Below the pieces are notes generated by a model. The model ran no database searches, was not told the origin of the DNA, and saw only the letters and a list, made by a program, of their open reading frames with translations. A DNA stretch of 61,647 nt, the filler included, from an uncultured virus (IMG/VR IMGVR_UViG_2061766007_001776) (lineage: Duplodnaviria; Heunggongvirae; Uroviricota; Caudoviricetes). It is 7 parts of one record of this genome, joined end to end, with 100 filler letters (N's around TTAATTAATTAA, not from the genome) between each part and the next. Parts side by side here need not be neighbours in the genome. Positions count along the whole stretch, not along the records: positions 56,844 to 61,647 come from IMGVR_UViG_2061766007_001776; 6 more parts are not named here. One strand, given 5' to 3'. Of the stretch, positions 56,844-61,647 are shown in pieces. The position numbers and the translations under genes were made by a program. Position 1 is the stretch's first letter; every line of letters begins with the position of its first letter.

Positions 56844-58226
56844 AAATGTTTGTGAACCATGTGGTAATGTTTCTTCATAAGTAAAGAAGTAAGTATAACC
56901 TTCCATTGGTATGTTAAACATCTTTGCAAGGATTTCATTTCGTAGCGATGGGAACGTTTCGGCTTTCCTAACATCCTGAATGTAATCGTCAATAGAAGTC
57001 GTAACACCAATNNNNNNNNNNAATAGGATTCTCTTTCGTATCTCCTGAAAGCCATTCGTCTAAACTTGCAACTTTACATCTTAATCCTTGTAAAGAGTCA
57101 ATCGATAATGGACGAACNNNNNNNNNNATTCGGATTAGCTTTAATATACAGATCCGGATACTTAAGCTCTTCGATGTTATCAAGTCGATAATACCAAATG
57201 CCAGTAAACGGATCAACGAACTCTCCTTTGAGAATGTCAAGCAACATCATTTTGATTGTGTCACCAACACCATGTCGGATAGTTCCTTCTGATGAAGTTG
57301 CAAGGATTAACCAATCTGGAACTTTCTTTGCACCTTGCTCAATTGCTTCGATAGGATTCTCTTTCGTATCTCCCGATAGCCATTCGTCCAAACTCGCAAC
57401 TTTACATCTTAATCCTTGTAAAGAGTCAATCGATAATGGACGAACTTCGAGTAACGAATTAGTAAGGAAATTCTGTATTCCCTTCTTTGTGCTTGCAACT
57501 TTAACACGATTAGCTTTAGAGCCAGTCGTATTGTTAATAGAACCTTCCGTGAGAAACTTCATGTAAGGTCCTCTAGCTTTGGCCATTGCAGTCTTGATAG
57601 GTGAGATAACTTCTTCAGCTTGTCTCATCGTAGGCGCAACAGCTATTTGGTGTGTTGTAGAACTATCTACATTTAATATATAATTGTGAATAGTACTAGC
57701 AAATAATGATTTCGAGGCACGTCTTCCAACTATTAAAAAGAACTTGTGAATAAGTCTTCGACGAACTTTTCTTGTTTCATAGTGTCCAGGTTGTCCGTCA
57801 TGTCCTTTAATAAATACCTGAGCTGGTTCGAAGTAATACCAACCAAATATCTGTTCTCCCCAAACTTTAAACGATAGAAGCAATACCAAGTCTTCACCAT
57901 CAGTTAATGTTAATTCTTTCTCGCAAAACTTAATATAACCCTCAACACGTCCTGGGTCGTAATAGATACGCTCGTCAGCTATTAAAGTATCTATTCGNNN
58001 NNNNNNNTAATACCAAGTCTTCGCCATCAGTTAGTGTCAACTCTTTCTCGCAAAACTTAATATAACCCTCAACTCGTCCTGGGTCGTAATAGATACGCTC
58101 GTCAGCTATTAAAGTATCTATTCGGTTCATTTCTTGTGAAATTGTCGAACAAACCGGAATCTCACCTCGAAGAACAGCATCTCGAAATTGCCCATAATAT
58201 TTCGGAACAGCTGTATTAGAAATCAT
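56844..58226 (-). CDS. terL: Terminase large subunit (fragmented by gaps and duplicated strain variants; 3' end missing)
   Basis: Walker A LIVGRRASKS, APTMRQA, Walker B ASLDEW, ATSSEG, KANPN. Confidence 0.9.
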
Positions 58227-58235
58227 AGTAACTCC

Positions 58236-60098
58236 TTAAATCATATCATCGTCATACAGATCAAGCCAGTAGTCAACGTAATCTTCAGCTTTCTCTTCTG
58301 CTGCCTTAGCTGACAAACCATGCTCTTTCATGTATTTCTGTTTCATTTCTTTAACCCACTGATCAATTATACGTGTATCGCCAGCTTCTTTTTTCATCGT
58401 CTTCTTCCACTTAACGTCACGTGCATCAGTTGTAACATTACCTTTTCTATCGATACTGTAACCAAGTTTACCTTCGTCGTGATTAGCAACATCTTTGAAG
58501 TAAGCATCATTAAGTTTTCTCAGATACTTCTGATTCAAATCCTGAATTTCCTGATCTGAATTTTCCCAATCGTACTTACCGGACTTTTGGGTCTTCGATT
58601 TGTCTTTCTTACCCCAACCGCCAAAACGTTCATAATTATCCCAGTAATCGTCGGAATAATAATTAGTATCGTACTCATACTTTTCCAGTTTAGCATTTGC
58701 CTTATCAACATTTGCTTCTGCTTTTGCGGCATCATTTTCCGCTTTTTCAGCACGACGAGTGTTGTTTTCAGCATCTTTTGCTGCTTGCTTTGCTTTCTTT
58801 TCGGTATCATTTACCGAGTCTTTTGCTTTATCGGCGGCTTTATCGGCTGCTTTGTAATAATCTTTTGCTTTATCAGTCTGATTACGAATGTCGTTTTCAC
58901 GAGCTCTGTAATAATCGTATTCTTGTTCGTACTCTTTTACATTAGGATCGTCATTCTTTTTAGCTTCTTTCCATTTTGAACGAGCCCAATCAGTGTACTC
59001 TTCTGCAGCTTCGAGTTCAATCTGCATTCTCTTATACTCTTCTTTAGCTTTATCACGTTCAAGAGCTTTTATTTCGTAATTAGCTTTTTCTTCTAGTAAT
59101 TTAGCTTCATTAGACTCAACTAATTTCTTATTTAATTCGGCTTGCTCTCTGAATACTTGCGCATTTCTCTTATTCTTTTCAGCCTCAGCTAAATTCTTTT
59201 CGGCTTCCGATTTAGTCTTTGCTATATCGGCTTTATCCTTCTCGGTAAGAGGTTTCTTAGAAGGATCTTCAGTGTATTCAAGTTCCTTCTGAAGTTTCTT
59301 AAGTTCAATCTCTTCTTTCTCCGTCTTAGGTTTAGACTTGGGATTCTTAAGCCACTCAAGTTCAAGTTCATCTTTTTCAGTCATCGGTTTAGACTTAGGA
59401 TCTTTGAGCCACTTAAGTTCAAGTTGCTGCTTCTCAAGCTCGAGTAACTCTTTATCGGTCTTAGGTTTCTTCTGAGGATGTCTAAGCCACTCAAGTTCCT
59501 GTTTATCCTTGTCCAAACTAACCCTAGTCTTCTCGAGATTTACCTGAGTAGTCTTACGTTCAGCAGACTTCTTCATCATATCGTTAATGTTATTCGAAAT
59601 CTCAGAAACTGCTTTAGTTCCCCTACTGCCTTTCTCAAGCCAATAGATGGTCTTGTCAACAAACTTGTCAAGTTTCTTCTGTTTATCACTCGCATCCAAA
59701 TCTTTTAAACTCTGCATTGTCTTGTAACGAGTAATCGATTCATTGATTTCGTCGTTTGTAAATCTGCTGATATTTTTAGAAATAAAGGAGAGATCACCTT
59801 TATCGATTGCCTCTCTCTTATCTCTATTGAAATTTCTTTGTTCTCGTCTTGCAGCTTCATTGTGTCTAGCTCTCTTCTTAGCAGCTCTGCGCTCACTCCA
59901 AGACATATCCTTGTAAGCCTTGCCACCAACTTTTTCTTCATCAGTAGCAGTAGCTTCTTTCTCATATCCAACACGTCTACGAGCCTTACCCAGGTCGGTG
60001 TAAGTGCCGTCTTCGTTCTGGTATCTTCGCTGATGCCATTTCTGTCCCTTGACTCCATAGTGCATCAACTCATCGGCTTCTATGCATTCATTCGCCAT
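58236..60098 (-). CDS. HYG..QKW-motif coiled-coil protein with internal repeats
   Basis: LMHYGVKGQKWHQRRYQNEDGTYT; four ELEWLK.PK.KP.TEK-like repeats. Confidence 0.7.
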   Translation of the reverse strand: MANECIEADELMHYGVKGQKWHQRRYQNEDGTYTDLGKARRRVGYEKEATATDEEKVGGKAYKDMSWSERRAAKKRARHNEAARREQRNFNRDKREAIDKGDLSFISKNISRFTNDEINESITRYKTMQSLKDLDASDKQKKLDKFVDKTIYWLEKGSRGTKAVSEISNNINDMMKKSAERKTTQVNLEKTRVSLDKDKQELEWLRHPQKKPKTDKELLELEKQQLELKWLKDPKSKPMTEKDELELEWLKNPKSKPKTEKEEIELKKLQKELEYTEDPSKKPLTEKDKADIAKTKSEAEKNLAEAEKNKRNAQVFREQAELNKKLVESNEAKLLEEKANYEIKALERDKAKEEYKRMQIELEAAEEYTDWARSKWKEAKKNDDPNVKEYEQEYDYYRARENDIRNQTDKAKDYYKAADKAADKAKDSVNDTEKKAKQAAKDAENNTRRAEKAENDAAKAEANVDKANAKLEKYEYDTNYYSDDYWDNYERFGGWGKKDKSKTQKSGKYDWENSDQEIQDLNQKYLRKLNDAYFKDVANHDEGKLGYSIDRKGNVTTDARDVKWKKTMKKEAGDTRIIDQWVKEMKQKYMKEHGLSAKAAEEKAEDYVDYWLDLYDDDMI

Positions 60099-60102
60099 GA
60101 TC

Positions 60103-60438
60103 TTACACCTCCGCCTGTAGTTTTAATCTCCACTCGTACTGAGCAAGTTGTTCTTCCATTGCCTTCATTACTGTGGAATTTGCGGGAGCGTCCCATAAGC
60201 TCTTAACCTTCAATGCAACATAATGTTCTGCCATTGAACGCTGAACTATGTCTACTTGGAAATCGTCCCACGTTGCGCTGTCGTCTCTAATCGTGAAGCC
60301 TTCCTCAGGACCGACACCAAGCTGTGTCAGTATAGAGAACGCAGCATTAATAAATATAATTAATTCCTTGTCAAATGATTCGTCATCTGGTTGAAGGGAT
60401 AATTGTATTTTGATTGATGTCAGTATACTCTCTTCCAT
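60103..60438 (-). CDS. Putative head-tail adaptor/connector-like protein
   Basis: SILTSIK...FDKELIIFINAAFSILTQLGVGP; position upstream of terL. Confidence 0.55.
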   Translation of the reverse strand: MEESILTSIKIQLSLQPDDESFDKELIIFINAAFSILTQLGVGPEEGFTIRDDSATWDDFQVDIVQRSMAEHYVALKVKSLWDAPANSTVMKAMEEQLAQYEWRLKLQAEV

Positions 60439-60449
60439 AAGTATCTCCT

Positions 60450-60635
60450 TTACAGAGTTACAGTACCTCTCTTGAATGATTTAACCTCGTCAGCTGTTTC
60501 TACTTTAGCCTTGGGTGCTTCCTTAACAACGGGCTCGGTTTCAACTGGTTTAGTCTCAGCAACAGTTTCATCAGCCACAGCGTCAACTACTTCGTTCTCT
60601 ATAGCCTCATTGTTCTCTTTAAATTTTTTAGACAT
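60450..60635 (-). CDS. Small acidic hypothetical protein
   Basis: GGAGGT RBS; within the operon. Confidence 0.55.
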   Translation of the reverse strand: MSKKFKENNEAIENEVVDAVADETVAETKPVETEPVVKEAPKAKVETADEVKSFKRGTVTL

Positions 60636-60641
60636 TGTTAA

Positions 60642-61181
60642 TTACCTCCACGGACTTTGATCACCAGGAAACCGTCTCGCTGGATCCTTGCCGATCCTTG
60701 AAACATTAATGTCTCCGTAGTGAATTGCGTTATGTGTTTCAAACGACACACAAATCAAGTATTCTGGATTCGTAAGGTATGGTGTTCTGTTGAGAATATC
60801 CTCAGGGGTAATCGGATTCATGTGATGTATGTAAATCCTATTACTTGTTAAAGGATACTCTGGCAAACCCATATCACAACCATTGTCTCGAATCAGTACT
60901 TGGTTCTTTATTTGTCGCCATTCGGGTGAACGATAAAATTGTTGGTTCATCCATCTTTTACTATAATTGCCAAACGTATCTTCTCCGATCTTTCCGTCTA
61001 ACTTGAGATAGTTGAATCTCTCTTCAAAAGTTGGTAACGTCATTAGTTCGGAGTAGGTTCTAGTATACCATGTATTCGTCTTCTTCACCTTCTTCGTAAC
61101 TAATGCCTTGATACTCTTGAAATGCTGCGATTGCTTGACTATACAGTTCCTCAGCGTTACGTGAGCTCTCCATATCAGCAA
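60642..61181 (-). CDS. HNH endonuclease (packaging-associated; start uncertain)
   Basis: FYRSPEWRQIK..VLIRDNGCD...IHHMNP...LICVSFETHNAIH. Confidence 0.8.
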   Translation of the reverse strand: MLIWRAHVTLRNCIVKQSQHFKSIKALVTKKVKKTNTWYTRTYSELMTLPTFEERFNYLKLDGKIGEDTFGNYSKRWMNQQFYRSPEWRQIKNQVLIRDNGCDMGLPEYPLTSNRIYIHHMNPITPEDILNRTPYLTNPEYLICVSFETHNAIHYGDINVSRIGKDPARRFPGDQSPWR

Positions 61182-61413
61182 CCTTGGCTTGGATTAACTT
61201 TACATCTTCTGCCAGTTTAATTCTCTCAAGTCTGGCTTCTTCAGATCCTTGTTTTACAAAATATAATATTTCTGCGGACGAGGCTCTCCCTTCTCGTAAT
61301 CGTTGTTCAGCCAAGTCCATTGCAAGAGAGGCCATCTGTAGAGTACGTTCCTCATCAGAAGCTGCCGGAGGGAATTCCGGAGTGTTTGGCACCACTCTCT
61401 TGTCTTCTCTCAT
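61060..61413 (-). CDS. Putative terminase small subunit / conserved first gene of the packaging operon
   Basis: Helical 117-aa protein (LAMDLAEQRLREG.ASS) upstream of HNH and terL; AAGG RBS. Confidence 0.45.
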   Translation of the reverse strand: MREDKRVVPNTPEFPPAASDEERTLQMASLAMDLAEQRLREGRASSAEILYFVKQGSEEARLERIKLAEDVKLIQAKVADMESSRNAEELYSQAIAAFQEYQGISYEEGEEDEYMVY

Positions 61414-61647
61414 ACACTTTCCTTTCTTTTGGGTATGCTTTCGAATAGAGTTAACCTCACTCTAAAGCTCCATTGAACCCACTTTAGCCACAGTTTATTG
61501 GGCTTAAACAGAGCTAATACCTACTTTAGGATAAGGAGACGAACCTTAGTGCGACCAATGGAGCTTCAGAGGGAAACTAACCCCCTAGATAGCTGCCCGG
61601 TATAAATATCATTTTTCGGCAGGTCCCCCCGGAGAATTTTTAAAGGT

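Noticed and set aside
57012..58123. Near-duplicate terL segments suggesting a DGR template/variable repeat or an intron
   Set aside because: Copies are flanked by 10-N gaps, encode the same peptide (synonymous differences) and no reverse transcriptase is present. They are strain-variant assembly bubbles.
417..61413. Stop-codon reassignment
   Set aside because: Long genes translate intact in the standard code, breaks coincide with N gaps, and the tRNA is Gln(TTG), not a suppressor.
168..61465. Numerous plus-strand track ORFs antisense to long minus-strand genes, and ORFs made mostly of X
   Set aside because: Shadow ORFs without RBS or motifs, or artefacts of reading through N gaps.

Overview
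This is a low-GC tailed-phage (Caudoviricetes) scaffold, probably infecting a Bacillota/Clostridia host (strong AAAGGAG ribosome-binding sites). It is heavily gapped and stitched from at least 7 contigs by N-TTAATTAATTAA-N linkers. Almost all genes lie on the minus strand. Reading from 61.6 kb down: putative small terminase, HNH, head-tail adaptor, large terminase; a family of LxH/HYG..KW-motif proteins, two with papain-fold toxin domains; a promoter-dense array of tiny cassettes (43-49.5 kb); accessory genes (alpha-CTD mimics, a sigma4-alphaCTD fusion, DUF5664, glycosyltransferases, a DUF2828/vWA protein); replication genes (helicase/primase/PolB, SSB, SF2 helicase, nucleases); an RNA ligase and tRNA-Gln; and a 969-aa single-subunit DFDGD-type RNA polymerase. 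Portal, capsid and tail genes are not recognisable, so the genome is incomplete. The most notable unexplained signals are non-coding. (1) About 9 structured RNA units with a covarying 7-bp stem, a conserved ACAGCAA and variable inserts, several resembling tRNA anticodon loops; six flank the DUF2828/vWA (possibly Ro60-like) gene. (2) At least 24 copies of a 27-bp non-sigmaA promoter-like motif, a candidate target of the phage RNAP. (3) Two degenerate tRNA-like genes with their own promoters. (4) Four 119-bp palindromes. (5) CAGTT..AACTG inter-cassette repeats. All family assignments come from motif recognition by eye; no database searches were run.
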